Positions 36,604 through 50,800 of a DNA stretch of 64,000 bases are shown piece after piece. Both the position numbers and the translations under genes were made by a program. Source of the stretch: Lytechinus pictus (Eukaryota); assembly GCF_037042905.1 (NCBI RefSeq), contig NW_026974158.1, forward strand, positions 372,001-436,000. The letters run 5' to 3'. The notes beneath the pieces were generated by a model. The model made no database searches. It had not been told where the DNA came from and saw only the letters and a list, made by a program, of their open reading frames with translations. How positions within the stretch are numbered: the first letter of the stretch is position 1; every line of letters starts with the position of its first letter.

Positions 36604-39370
36604 GCAGTGGGCACACGAATAAATCGCCAGTGATCAGGGTCCAATAACAAAGGTTAGCGATTGATCGTACGCTTGATTTTCACAATTTATTGTACATTGT
36701 ACGTAATCATTGGAATCAATCGTAGAAAAATATTATACGATCACTGCTAAGTTTTGTGTTACATGGCCCTAGATAGTCATTTCAGTTCCAAAGACATAGC
36801 TGACTTGGCCAGAATTTCCGCCGGTGCCAACATTGCCCCCCCCCCCCCCGTATGATCACACCGATGTGCCTACTTGTAGCAATGGAGTGTAATTAGCGAC
36901 AATTCATGTTTTGAGTCGGGCCTTCACCATCCAACCAAGGAGATACCACTCCAACGCAACAGAAAAGGCCTTCCCTCGCGAGATACACACCATGCCACGG
37001 GCTATGCAGAATACGTGGATCCCCTCCTCCCATCTGCATACACACACACACACCACACAACCCGAGCAATGTTGGAGCAGGGAGAGTCCCTGGGAGGAAC
37101 GTACGGAGATACCCATTACCCCTGTTCATTGACCAAAGAAGCAACTGTTCATTTATGGAATTGAGCAAAACGTGATTTTCGCTCGGGTTGAATTTATATA
37201 TGGGACTTATTGCCTTGCTTTCGAACCTTCTTTATTTCAATAATGTCGAGGGCTATAAAACTCCATCCCTAAAGCAATCGTCTACATGAAATCATGATGT
37301 ATATACACCAAGAGAAGATCATATTGAAATTGTCAATGGACGGCCGGTATCGTCTAGTCTAACTTATTTGTGTGGATCTTGGATACTGTACAAATTCTCT
37401 GGGAAAGATGTTGTTGCACGCCCCTACGACTATTTGTATTTTCTTGAATAAAATAGGGAAGGAAATCGGAAAATGGAAGAAAGAGGTGCCAGAATAATGT
37501 TACTTATAATTTTCTCAAGTTCAATAAAGTCACACGACATAGACAGGCCTAGCTATTTCTCTTTCTTTCGAAATCGCAACAGCTACATGTGCATTATGAA
37601 AGAAAACGGTAATCCAATTTTGAGGACAAATATTATTCTTTTTATGAAAATGGGACGAATAATAATAGGACCTACAAACCGGTCCGGCGGGGGGGGGGGG
37701 GTGGAATTTTGGCTAAGAGTGGCCTTGTTTACTATTCCTCAATGACCGATCACTCGATCTCAATTCACCTCATGCTCGACACACCGTACTTTGAAAATCT
37801 AACCTGTATAGGTTATTATTTATTTATTCTACAATTCATGATGGTGAAATGCAGAAACAGGCGCGTAGCCTGGGGGGCGGCCGCCCCCCAACGCCCCCAA
37901 AAAGAAAAAAAGGCGGGAAGGGAAGAAATGAAAAGGAGAAGGGAGAAAAGGGAAGAATGGAATAGCTCAATTGTTTGTTTGTTTTCTTTCTGTTTTGTCA
38001 AACATGTCAAAAGAATAATAAAAACCTATAACAAAATATTGCTTCAGCGCTCCGCGCGGGAAATGAATTCAGAATTGCCTTTCCCTTCTTAATTGTTTCC
38101 CACACACTTTTTTCTACTCCGTTTTTTCCCTTCCCGGCCATAGGAATCGCATTCTTGCCAGGAAATTTTATAGTATATATGGGTATTTTATTTAATTGCA
38201 GTAACACAGCATTTTGGCTCTTTAATTCCGTTCATGCAGAGCGGGTGAGCTTTTATACCGGCATTCCCTGAGTCCCGAAATGCTATTTCTTCCGCTTTTC
38301 AGCAAGCAATTTGCTGGCAAAGTACCTGCTCAAAGGGGGAGCATTAGAGGACCCCTAAATTTTCTATTTTTGCTTGTCAATTTTGTTTCCTGCGTCCCTT
38401 AAAAAAATACCCATTCTTCCAACCGTTACTCATCTTGTCCTTATGCCAATCCCCATCCTCCTGCTCATAGGCGGCGGAAGCGGGTTTCCTGTCCCCCTAA
38501 ATTTGAGGTGGGGGGGGGGGAGGACCCCCTAAATTTTCTATTTTTTGCTTGTCAATTTTGTTTCCTAGCTGCGTCCCCTCAAAAAAAATTATGGTGGACC
38601 CCCCCCCCTATAATTTTTGTGGTCCCCCTAAAATTTTGGTTGATACCTTTTTTTTTTTCGTGTCAAATTTTTTACCTGTGACCATCCTTAAATTTCAGTT
38701 GGACCATCCCTTAATTTTTGGCTTCCAACCACGACCATCCCCTCTCTCTGTTCATCTAATTTTCCTCTTTATATTTCGTTTCTCGCTCACTTCTCCCTCG
38801 ACCCTCCCATTGCATTTCCATTGATAGTTCACATTTTCCCCGGGACATTTTCTTATTAAAAAATATGTACAGTGTCTTGAACTACTACTATCCCTTGACC
38901 AAGTCCATGGTCCAACTTATGTCAATAAACTATATTTTCTTCTTTTGAACGTTTATGATGCGCTTGTAATGAAACATAGCAAAACAATCATTACCAAAAT
39001 AATAAGCCCGGGATACCGGATAAGACCATTTGTATCCCCATTCACTTTCTCGCTTTAGAATCTAGCAAATTAAAAAGCTCAATCGAGCGTTTCATCAACA
39101 TTTTTTTTAGGGCCGGCAGTCAGGGGATCTGACATCTTTCCTTCGTTTTGATTGGCGGGGAGGTAATGTTACTCTGGCGATTGTCGGATAAAAAAGATCC
39201 CCTATGCAGCTATAGGCGTCGATAGACTGCCCCCCCCCCCCGGAGTACGCACGAAGAACGATTAGGTGGATGCATGATCCCATAACGCTTTTAGATTCGG
39301 TGCAAGCTTTTTATAAGGGTAACTATAACAATATAGGCCTATAGGGCAAGATAATTACCCCCCCCCCCCC

Positions 39371-39594
39371 GTAGCGTACCTAGGATTTTCCACAGGGGGG
39401 GGGGGCAAAACCGTCCGCCAAAAAATTCGACAAGCAAAAAAAAAAAAAAAAAAAAAAAGGTCTTCACGTTCGTCGGGGGGGGGGGGGCAAAAAAGGTCTT
39501 CAAGCTCATCAGGGGGGGACAGGGATACGTCCTTTGCATGGAGTGTGACTCGTCAGGGGGGCCTGCCCCCCCCCCCCCCTCGTAGGTACGCTAG
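39371..39594. mobile_element. G-run-rich hAT-like MITE
   Basis: TAGCGTACCTA...TAGGTACGCTA termini. Confidence 0.55.
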
Positions 39595-42500
39595 AGCCCC
39601 CCCTCTCTCTCTCTCTCTCTGACTAGATGTTATTCTCTCAGTTTATCACTCATTACAAAAATCGTAATAATTAGAACCGGCAATTGTTGGTATTTGTAAC
39701 CACATTTTACTTTCGAACATATCCTTTTATGTAGCATAATTATGAGAAGATCTGACTCACCTCGTGCATTTTATGATGAAGATATGCAGCATTTATGTCA
39801 GTTCCATCCTCCGAAGATGATAAATCATGCCAGTCGGAATCCATAACGTATTGGAATCAATTATGAAAGCTGTTTACGTAAAGCGAATATCGACGGATAA
39901 TGTGCAAAGAAGATGCCGTTTCCCTCTGTATTTTGTTGAAGTAGTGTGTGAGATATTTCATAGAGTCTCATCAACTTTGTATGTTATTTGTGGGCCTTGT
40001 AATCTAAACACGTGTTTATTTGCACAACGCTGGAGGACGTACAGGCCTTCACACTTTTTTGCCTCAGTTCCGCACCACTCATGTTGTTCCTTGACACTAG
40101 ACTTGATCCATGGAGCTCCATGCTTGATCGACGCATCAGAGTTTTTGCTCGCCATCAAGTTTATCATGCTTACGTAATCGCAAAATGGTTGAACGCAGGG
40201 GCCGCGGAACAGTTTTGGTGGGGAGCTGAGCCAAAATGGAGGGGGGGGGGGTTGATGCACGAAATCATAAACCGATTGTCTTTGTTTACGTGTTTAAATA
40301 TAGCTTTGGAAACAAAGTGGGAGATGTCCTGAAGTCGCAGCCCCAAGCTAACCAACACCATGAAAGAGCCACCAACGATCATGACATCTCTTTTACATAC
40401 AGAAGTGCTGATCATGAGTCGGCTCAGTATCCTACTATTGCTATGATTCCAGATTTTCATTTCATTTCTTGCAAATGTGATAATTAGGTTGCCTATCCAT
40501 GATTTACTTATACATTTTTCCAATCTTGTCTTCATCATGACTGTCCAGCATGAAAAAAATATATATATTTGCGTATCACACCCCAAAGGAGCAACAAGTA
40601 ATGTGTTTCAGATGTTTGGTCACAGTGATCTAAGAAAATTATTTACATTCCCTTCATAATTAGTGCAATCTACATGTCTAAAAATCCATGCTCAAAATAG
40701 CAAATTATTGTACTTGATTTATATAGTACAAATTAAATAAAAATGACGGTGCCAATAAAATTATTGAGATGTATAATAATAGGTGCTAACGGAATGTGGA
40801 GGTGGAAGAAAAATTGAGAAAATTGTAGAACAGGCAGGGGCGCAACAGGGGGGGGGGGGGTAGGGAGTCTAATAATATTTAGTCCCCTTTGGCCTCTTCT
40901 TACTTATCTACTTTTGCTTGGTTATAAAACTTTGGGGACCATGGCCCAATCCCTTTATACACGGAATCTGCAGTCTCGAGACTGAGTCATTTCAAAACAT
41001 AGGGCCTAAATATGGCAGCTATTAGAATTCAAATCAAGGGGGGGTGGTCAGCCCCCTTACTTTCAAGGCAGTGGCGTAAAAAAACAAATTTCATGAAGGG
41101 GGGTACAACAAAGAAATTTCTAAAAAGTCGTGCACGAGAAAACTTTGCCTTTTCTAAAATGTACTTCTATGCGAAAACTTTGACATTATCTTCAGGAAAT
41201 CACAATTATCGCCATGTTTCGACATATTTCCTTTAATTTCCTTTCGATAGCTCCTTCATTTTCTATCTTTCTTGGTTTTGGAACCGAATCTCCCCCTTCT
41301 TTCCATGCTAGAGCTTCAACCTAAAGCTGAATCCAGGAAGGGTCCATGAATGGGCCCCGCAACAGACATAAGAGGGCCCTTACAACATAGGTCTGGAGCA
41401 GAACCCTGGTATTTTTTTACGCTTTACAAAGGTGTGGCCATAATACCATGTAAGGGGCATAGGCCTACGTCTAATAATAGCTAGGGACAAAACTAAGGCG
41501 TGTTGTCAAAAGTGTGCGTGCGTCTTTACCTTTATATTCTACGGCGAACCCGCTGAGCGTGCCATTGTCCATTTTTCTTTCCTACGGGTCAGTGCTCTTG
41601 CCATTCAAGACGCCAGCGTGCCCTTTTGCAGCGAAAACGGAAGCGTTCGCTTTTATCTTTTCTTCTGACATGCTTCGGTTGGCTCTCCGATAATATGTTT
41701 TTGCATTAGCGCCCTCTATGTTCACGATATCGGCGTTTTAGGCAAACTATTGAACGCCCGATCTCTAGTCACTGATCTGAATATCATTGTGTCCTTGTAT
41801 CGGTGTGCCTAGTCCATTGGGGGTACATTTTCCAAAGTTACGCTTTCACAATTTCTTTTGATAGTTTTTCGTTTCAGGTTTCAGTAGTGACAAAGTTCAA
41901 TTAGATTTAGATTTGATTTTTTTAAATAGAACGAGTTGTTTTATTTTGAAGAATATACCGTTAAGACACTGACTTTCTAAAAGTAAATGTTCATGCGCGG
42001 AAAAGATTTTTTTTTCATCACACTGAGCCCACACAGTCAGCATTGTCGGGTGAAAAGGAAAAATATGGAATTGTCCTTAACTTCTTTGTAAACGAAATGC
42101 AAAACCCTTTGCAAAAGATGCAATATAAATCATACCTGGGTCCCAAAATGATGGCATTTAAATATCTACATTGAAACGCTATACTGTGACAAAAAATAAT
42201 AAACTCATAAAATGCAAGCGTTTTTGTGGGAAAATGGACAAGGGCATCGTTGAAATTCATATTTGAGCTAAACATAGGCCTATATCTAATTTAGCCAAAG
42301 TGCACAACAATTTTACTCTTATTATACATTATGTTTAAACATTAACATGCTAGAAACTTATATATTCACACATAATACAGATGTCGTGCAAAACAAACGA
42401 ATAAAATATCATTAATTTGAACTTTTAAAAATTAAATTGGATGCTCAAGCAGTCATATCGGTCATTGTTGATTAAATGCACAATTCTTGAATTTCATTGC

Positions 42501-43450
42501 CCGAAATTTAGAACAAAAAGTATTTTCGTTACTTTGTAAGACCATTACAAACATCTTTACCTTCAAACGAAATCAAAAGCACTTAACAATTTAGTATAAA
42601 AATTATCAAATTTGAGGTAGTCTTGACCATGAATTGAGTTGAATGTTTATAAAGGAATTATAGCGTATTTTAATGAATCCCATTCTAAACTTTGAATGAC
42701 CGATGTCTCCGGGGAAAAAATATCGCGTGAATTAAAATGCAAATTAACACATTTAAGTGACTCTGATATGAAATTGGACATGAAAACCTATATTATCTTT
42801 TTACCTGGGATCCGTCTTTATTCTCTTATCAATTTCCCCTGTGATCTAGAGTACTAAGTGACCAAGTGTTTTTGATTACCATCCAGCAGACACAGAACCG
42901 AAGGGGGTCTGGGCTGAAGCCTCCACACTCTTTTTCCTCCAAATAGCGTACAAAACGTAAAAAGTACCATGATTTTATGCATGGTGTTCCCCTTCAAAAC
43001 CGTTCGGCGGTTGGGGAAGGCTTAATTATTTCTTTTAATTTTTCAGTTCTACTCACAATATTTAATTTTGTCAACTTAATTTTAATGGCTTCTTTTTTTC
43101 ATCCAACTTCATTTCTTCCTTTGAATTTTTCTAAACCTTTTCTATACTTATTTTTTAACCTTCACGTTTGACTTATACAGTAGTGCATATTGCCGTTGAT
43201 TTCTTCTTCCTATCAAATATCTGAATTTATCTGCAATATGTGTGTGTCAAATTATTGCAAATTAGATTCCCAGTGTCTAAGGTAAACATAATTTACCGAC
43301 GTAAAGTTTGTAATACGAAAGCCTCTTTGGCCTAGTTTCCCTTCCAACTTTGTACTTCACCTCTTAATCGTATAGCTGTATTCTGTATAGCTTGCAAATT
43401 TAAATACTTTTACACACAAAAAAAATTATCAATAAACGTTCAGGAAATGG

Positions 43451-43618
43451 TAATGCCTCGGCCACATTTGCTCTCCGGCGGCCGTACGGCGAGTCGAAAA
43501 CAGCCGTTTTATTCATTTTTATTCAAACCACCTATATTTAGCTGGTACAAAAACTGTTGAAACGACTGTTTTCGACTCGCCGTACGGCCGCCGTAGAACA
43601 AATGTGACCGAGGTATTA
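43451..43618. mobile_element. PIF/Harbinger-like MITE
   Basis: ~60 bp TIRs TGCCTCGGCCACATTTG...CGTACGGCGAGTCGAAAACAG with TAA/TTA flanks. Confidence 0.8.
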
Positions 43619-45536
43619 GGCATACTAGATCAAGAAGGATGGAGTGTATGCTGGCGCAGATCCTGCCGAATTAACACAATACAATCTAATAGGCGCCGTA
43701 TTTATTTTAAACAATAGTTGGCCTCTCAAAAGTATTGTGGTCTATTCTGTGACCTCTACTATTGTAAGCGCTTTGGGCCTAATGGGAAAAGCGCAGTACA
43801 AATAATAAGTAATAATAATAATAATAATAATACTAAAAGAAGTCAGTGGGTCTATATTCTGCACCTGGAGGGTACAGTAGTGATACCGGGGGGGGGGGGG
43901 TGGCATCCGGCCCTTGCGCCCTCCCCCTTTGAGAGCCATTATCAATTGCTAATGTAAATATGCCATTTTTACACAAGTGTGCCCCCCTTTGAAACTCACA
44001 GCATGTATTTTAATGAGGATATGTCGTTCATGCACAAGTGAGGACCTTCACTTTCGCCTGGTAAACACCCCTTTTCCAAATATATTTGATTATTAAAATG
44101 CACGGAGAGATGATAGGCAAAGAATATAACTCGAATGTTAATATTAAGAGTAGACCTATAAGGAGGGAAGTTACATGGTTAATTAAAAATGTGTTGATAA
44201 AATATCAGTGGAACGTTATGTTATAATTTGCTGCGCCAAACAGGTTATATGTAATATTGCTCTTTATAAAGACAAGTATTAAACTACATTAAATGTCGAA
44301 ATGCTGAGATGTATAATGGAAACCATATTAAAATACACATTACGAAAAGAACCAAAAATCAAGGCTCTAGTATGGGGACAAAACGAGAACAAGAAAACTA
44401 CCCATTTGACGCTCATTTTAATTCTTAGAAAGCCGGACGTTGAAAATGACCTGGGCCAGTGCATTGCTAGCTGTATTTAATGAGAGAGCTCGGCTTACCC
44501 CATTGTCAAGGTAGATTTAAATTACCCCATTCTTGATTGGGGAGATTACCCTATTGTTGAACATAGAGGTGGTCTGACTGGTAGCGGATTTCAATAGAAG
44601 GATGACCCCTTGATTGGTGGGGGTATTTCAATGGGAGATTACCACTTTGTCAGCGCGAGTGACTGTCTTAATACTTTGATGTGTCCCCGATGTGTCTTTT
44701 AATCGAACACCGTGTTTGCAACTAATCCCAATTAATGATACTATTTGGCATCAAAATGAAAGTCTAACTTCCATCCTTTTCATAGATTTCGTTTGAAAAT
44801 ACTTACAGTGTACGTTTATAAGGTAAACTTGAAATATGAGAAGGCGCTTTATAATATGTAAACCAAATATGATTTGTTCATAAGTATCTTTATAATAAAT
44901 GTTTTCAAAATCGAGTTTCATAGAACAAATGTATAATACTCGATTTAATAACAACCATGATATTTCAAAGTCATCGAGAGGGTAAGTATCAGACTAAATA
45001 ATGCAAGCGTGATTTGTTCAGGCGCTGGTAAGATTTTTCTTTTCTATCCCACTGAGCCTGATCTCTTTTTTTTTTCATACAAAAGCCGGGATAGACATGT
45101 GGTTAAATAAGCATTAATTGGATTCGTGCTTTCGGGAAAACAGTATTTATTTACGAGCAAGAACATTGAAGTGTTCAGTGTTGGCACCGGTTGGCACCAC
45201 TGCGATGAAGTTAATTCGAATTGTGTTTTTGAACAGGATCAAAATAGTAGAAGTAAAGACGTTAAGCTTATTATATATATATGTATTAATCATTCGGATT
45301 TATGCACTATTCTGAACTACACGTGTCTATAATTGAATGATTTATATGTATTCAATCAGTGGCAGATTTTCAGGTGGGGGCACATTTTCCCTTGAAAACT
45401 TTTTAGACAAAAAAGTTGTCACTAAAATAGGGCATTTTGACCCGTTTAAAACGTGACGTTAAAAAATCAAGGTCTTTACTTGTAATATTCATATTACAGA
45501 TATTTGCTGTGACTCTCAAAAAGTGAGTACACTTGC

Positions 45537-46886
45537 AGGGGCGGAACCAGCCTTCGCCAAAGGGGGGGGGGGGTCTTTTTAACCACATACCCCCGATCAG
45601 CCGCTCAAATATGATTTTTGTTGGTTTAAATGAATGTAAAATAATCTCATAAGCCTTATTTAAATAGTGCGAGCGCGAAGCGCGAGCTATTGTTTAAATT
45701 ATTATTCCATGTATTTTGTCCTAAAATGGCATTCTGGCAATGCTTGTGATCCTAAACGAGTAAATTTAATATACGCTTTGATCATTCTGATAAAAAAAGA
45801 TATGTTAACGGCTGATTGCAGTTAGCCATGAAGACGTTACATATTTCAACAGTCAAATAACGCGAGCGCGAAGCGCGAGCTAAAAATTTTGACCTTTCTA
45901 CCTGAAGAATTGAAATTCTAAGCAATTTTTGTAATCATGAAAAAGTTGAATATATAACAAAGCAATTGATGCGAGCGCGAAGCGCAAGCGGAAAATTCGA
46001 GATTTGTAGGAAAATTGTGAGTGGATATGGATCACAATTAAAAAGGAGCTGATATGTTTCATTATTATTACTTTGAGTTTGACATACATGTAGGACCGGG
46101 ACATTCTAAGAACATTATTCCATCGTATGAAAATTATGACTGTCTTCCTATTTCTCTTCCTATCAATGCGCTAGATGAAACTTGTCGATATTCCATTCTG
46201 AAAAAGGAACAATTTAAAGCGCTTTTGTAATAATGAATAAGATGCATGAGTTAATATATTTTTAACAATCAATGTGTGCGCATATCGCCAGCCGAAAATT
46301 GTTGATAAACTGTCATAAAATGGAGATTTTAAGTAGTTTGTTATATAATTAATATTTAAATTTTTATAACTCACCAATCAAAATGCAAGCATGCAGCTCT
46401 AGCTGATACGTTTTTACAATCTGACATGAATAGGGATATTTTTGTAAGTATATGGAATACAGGAAAATAATAGGTACCTGGAAATCAAATTTTGTGAGCG
46501 CGCAGCGCAAGCAGAAAATGTTTATATTCAGACAATAAAAAAAAAAATTACAGAACACTTTTTTAAAATGAAAGTTCAATTTCCGAGCTGAAATATGTTA
46601 TGTATATTGACTTCAAAATTTGATATTTAAAGTTCCATATATGTAAATCACCTAAAAGGTAATGCGAGCGCAAAGCACGAGCGAAAATATTATATAATGA
46701 CATGAAAGATTTTTTTTTATTGTTTTCGAAGTCTTCCCCTCATCTTATTTATTCACTCGTTTTCCTCCTCTCATGTTTACCATTTTTTCTCCCCTCTTTT
46801 CCCTTTTTTGGTCTTTCTTTCCCCCTTTTTTTGCTCCGCCAATAGGGGGAGGAGGGAGGGCGGACCCCTTGCCCCACCCCTGGATC
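45537..46886. mobile_element. Non-autonomous DNA transposon (GCGAGCGCGAAGCGCGAGC family)
   Basis: Starts CAGGGGCGGAACCAG, ends CCCCTGGATCC; shares blocks with 13145-15131. Confidence 0.7.
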
Positions 46887-47130
46887 CAACTCTGGAACAA
46901 TCTACCAAAAAGTATTAAACAAGCAGATTCAAGAGAGAAATTCAAATCCGTGTTAAAACCTTTTTTGTTAAATATAGCTTTCCCTCCGCATGTGAAGCCC
47001 CTCAATTGTTTACAGCCTACTGTGAACTGTACAACTACTTTATTTTTTGGTGAAATTCCTTCTCTCTCTATATTTTTTCCTTAGCGTTTAGATAAATGTT
47101 TTGTTCTAAGTGGTATACAAATAATGTAAA
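46887..47130 (+). mobile_element. 3' end remnant of CR1/L2-type LINE ORF2 and UTR
   Basis: QLWNNLPKSIKQADSREKFKSVLKPFLL is the typical post-RT C-terminal motif. Confidence 0.6.
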
Positions 47131-47359
47131 TTAGTGGCGTGCGTTTCCCGATCTCCGTATCGAAATCAATATTAATGAGAGAGCGCAATTTCATTGTTTT
47201 CGCTCTAATGGGGGAGGGGAGGGGGAGAGCGTCAGTGTTCAATCAAGCAAAAGACGTAGGCCTATATGTGCATAAGTCCATGTCATTGGTGTAATTATAA
47301 AGATGATGAATCTGATTAATTCTGTTTGTCGACGTTATAATAAAGTTAATACAATCAAT

Positions 47360-47800
47360 ATGATTCAGGCGTACACCGCTTTAACTGCATGGTATCATGC
47401 ATCCAGAAATCGAAATAGCCGATGTATTCAAAACCTACGTAGCCGGGATGGCATGCAGTTCGGATGTTACAGTACTCTAACATTATAATAATCTCGTATT
47501 ACAAATGTCAATTTTGCGAAAATGCACACAAATTCATAACTTGATAGACTCTGGGGGATGATGTCGATATAAAAATCGCATCGACCTCGATATGCAAGCA
47601 TGTTTGATACTGCGTCGGACTTGACAACCCGCAAAATCTTTTCCAAAATTAGATGAAGGCCATCCATTCTCATTCTTTTTAATCTAAATATAATCTATGT
47701 ATTTCAGGATCATGATATGAAAACCTTTTATAACAAACATGATGAAGGAAAAACGCGTCTCAAGTTATACATGGTTCATTGCCGCAAAATATACCAATCA
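47360..47800 (-). pseudogene. Possible heavily decayed CHST-family catalytic exon
   Basis: Frameshifted pieces FIMFVIKRFS, SLSSYEFVCIFAKL, EYCNIRTACHPGYVGFEYIGYFD occur in the same order as LIFVREPFS, LTFVNFVQYLGNL, EHWREFHRLCYPCHVPYDFIGHFE. Confidence 0.35.
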
Positions 47801-50800
47801 TCTTCATTTGTTATCATTTAATCATCAACATTATCACTGATATTATTATTCGTATTATCATGTCCGTTAATATCACTTCAAAGTTATAATTATCATTATA
47901 TCATCATCACTGTTATCATCATCACCATCATCATTCATTCAGTATCTATTTCCAATCGTTCTCCAATATCAATTGTATATTTTAAATAATTAAGAATATA
48001 TGAAAGGTAATAGTAATGATAATGGTGATGCTGGTAATCATGAACATTAGATCCGTTTTGTGAGATAATGTATGCGATTTTACACGCTAATCGCTACTCG
48101 ATGATGGTGAAAGAAAGAAGTCGGGACGGTAGTTACTGTATACACGTACTTTATTACACTATAGTACAAAAGATTCCCCATCGGACGGGACAACGGTCTT
48201 TTGAAATAGGTTCATCTATTGAAATTATGACAATAATCACGACAGCGGATATGGGGAACTATTCTCTGAGCGCCTCTCCCATTCATTGTTGTCTGTGGCG
48301 AACCCGCTGAGCATGCCATTGTCAATGATTCTCTACACGGGTGAGTGATCTTGCTTTTTCATGATCATAGGCCTGGGCAATGACTAAGAACAGTTCGATG
48401 AGTATCAATGCCAAGTAATCCTGAAAGGTCAATAATGTTAAATTCTCTTGCTGGAGAAGACTATATCATGGCACTATTTGCTTTTGCTGTAGGCCAGTTG
48501 TGTACAACCTGATATAGATGATAAATAATAATTATCTTTCATCTATTTTAGAGTAATGATCTAATGTTAATATCATTCTACATAATCACCCTGAAGCTTA
48601 CGGCCCCATATCTTCACCCGTGAAGTATTGAAATTTGAAGTTTAAATTATTGAACATCATGGCATCCTAGTATTGTACTGATTTTTACCATCACTGCAAT
48701 ATAGATAAAAACATAGAGTTAATTCTACTCACATTGATTTTACTTTAGAACAAATTCAACCCCCCCCCTTCCCTTCACGCTACAACCTTTCTTTCATTCC
48801 CTTTCATTATTTCCTTACAAAAAATGATCCTAATTTCAATAACTATGTAATGACATAGATGATTTGCTGTTGACGATAATGATGCTGCTGATGATAGTGA
48901 TGATAATCAAAACTGATGATGATGATGGTGGTGGTGGCGGTGATGGTGAATGTGGTAGTGGTAGCCTTGGTGATTATGACAAATAAAAATACTGAAAGTT
49001 ACGAAAGTCACACATTCAATGAATAATACCTAGAAACATACTTTTAGATGAAATAAAAATCACACACAATTTGTGCAACTTGTAAGCCTCCCATTTAGTT
49101 TATTCTTATTTTTTTAACTGAATTGTGTCCGCTTATATTCCTACTTGATGATGATTTAAAGCTTTTAAGTTTATAATTATATTGGTAAATCCCGGTCAGA
49201 AAAGTTCATGTCACCATTCCATTCCTGAGTACTATATAATATCAAGGAGATGATATCTCCTTGATTATATGAGCATGGCCCTAAAGTGATTGTGATGTGA
49301 TAGGTATGAAATCAAACGTGTTTTATTGGAAAATTTAGCCCTTTTCACACATTCTTTTTTTTCCAGCGATTTGGCGACCGATCAAAATGTCTGTGTATTT
49401 TGAATTGGAAACCATCTATCGGGACAGACTTCAAGATGTAGGTCTGAATAACATTGCAACATACTTCGTTTGGTGCTCAAAAGGTTATTTTTAAAATAGA
49501 ACATCATCGAGAAATGGTGCTTGATTCATGACATCTGAAGAAAAACATCCGATGACCACTGCACCTTTGTAAACATTTTAAAATGCTTGTTAATACTCGA
49601 CAAAATTCAAAAGACAAAATTACGTATTATTTACCAAAGTTAATCGAAGAGTTTTAACATGACAATTAGAACAATAAATTAAACACTACCCATGCAGAGA
49701 ACGATCGAGATGAGAATAAAAACTTGATCAGATGATGTAATATACTGATAAGCTTTTTCTTTATCTTCCTTTTTCCTCGTCGTATTCTTCCTCATCTCTC
49801 ATTATTATTCTCATCCCTTTTTACTGCTCCCCCATTCTACATGTACGTCTGCTTCTCCTTGGTAATTCTTTTTCTCCTCCTCCTTCTCCCACCTCATCGA
49901 TTTATGAAGATAAAATTATAATGAAATAATAGAAATGTTTATGAAGATAATACTTATAATAGAGAAATGAAGATGATTGCGATTGTAACAGCGGTGATGA
50001 CGATATCGATAATTATGAGAGGTCATAGACCATGTACAGCACAAAGTATCAGACGCAATTTCAAATATGATTACATGACGATTTCGATACGAAATATTAA
50101 TCATAAATCTAGATCTAGTACATTAATATACACTTATTTTTGTAGAATAATGAAATCGCCGCTCAATATCGATAATTCTGATGATGACTAAAACAGAAAA
50201 GCATACGTGGGACAGTGTATTATAATATTGCCTCGAAAAATACCTGACACTTGATGGAATTCCGTGCTTATATCGCTCATTTCTCAGCACGATTTCCTTT
50301 CACAAGGCTATTTGGTAAATATTTTTCATTTATACAAACAAACACTCCGTTGGTGAATTTCATTGGATTCTGATCGAACTAATTTTCAGATCGTTACCAC
50401 ATTTGGTATTCATCTTCAATTCCGAACATTACGTTTAATACGTTAAGCCAATTAAATGAAGTTACATACTTTAGTCTGTTATAAGTTGTTTATATGTACT
50501 CTCATACCCCGAGAGGGGATCGATGGGGTGAATAAAATGTAAATCTAAATCAGGGGCGGATCCAGCCTCCGCCACTGCATGTCTTCCCCTCTGTTCCCCT
50601 TTCACTCTTTCCCTTTTTCCCCTTTATTTCTCCCCCCATCGTCCACCAGATCTCTCTTCTTCTTTCCCCTTATTTTCTGTCTCTATCCATTTCCATATTC
50701 CAATTTGTCCCCCCTCTCCCGTTGATTCGATCCTAAATTTCTTCCCCTCTCAAATTTCCAATTTTTTTTTTCTCTTTCAACTGTTTTTCCTCCATATTTT

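Larger units (their letters stand above)
35548..40430 (-). pseudogene. Possible decayed type II membrane sulfotransferase paralogue (exon ~40430-39761; exon from 35851 interrupted by the Kolobok element)
   Basis: TM-like KRDVMIVGGSFMVLVSLGLRL, donor GAG|GTGAGT at 39761, acceptor at 35851 in the same phase, NFD-x17-KLK-x6-P spacing identical to the intact exon; several stops and frameshifts. Confidence 0.3.

Noticed and set aside
36893-37168. Overlapping ORFs around a (CA)n repeat
   Set aside because: No recognisable domain or splice structure
41547-41556. ACCCGCTGA resembling the 28S rRNA 5' end
   Set aside because: The match is only 9 nt and the following sequence is not rRNA
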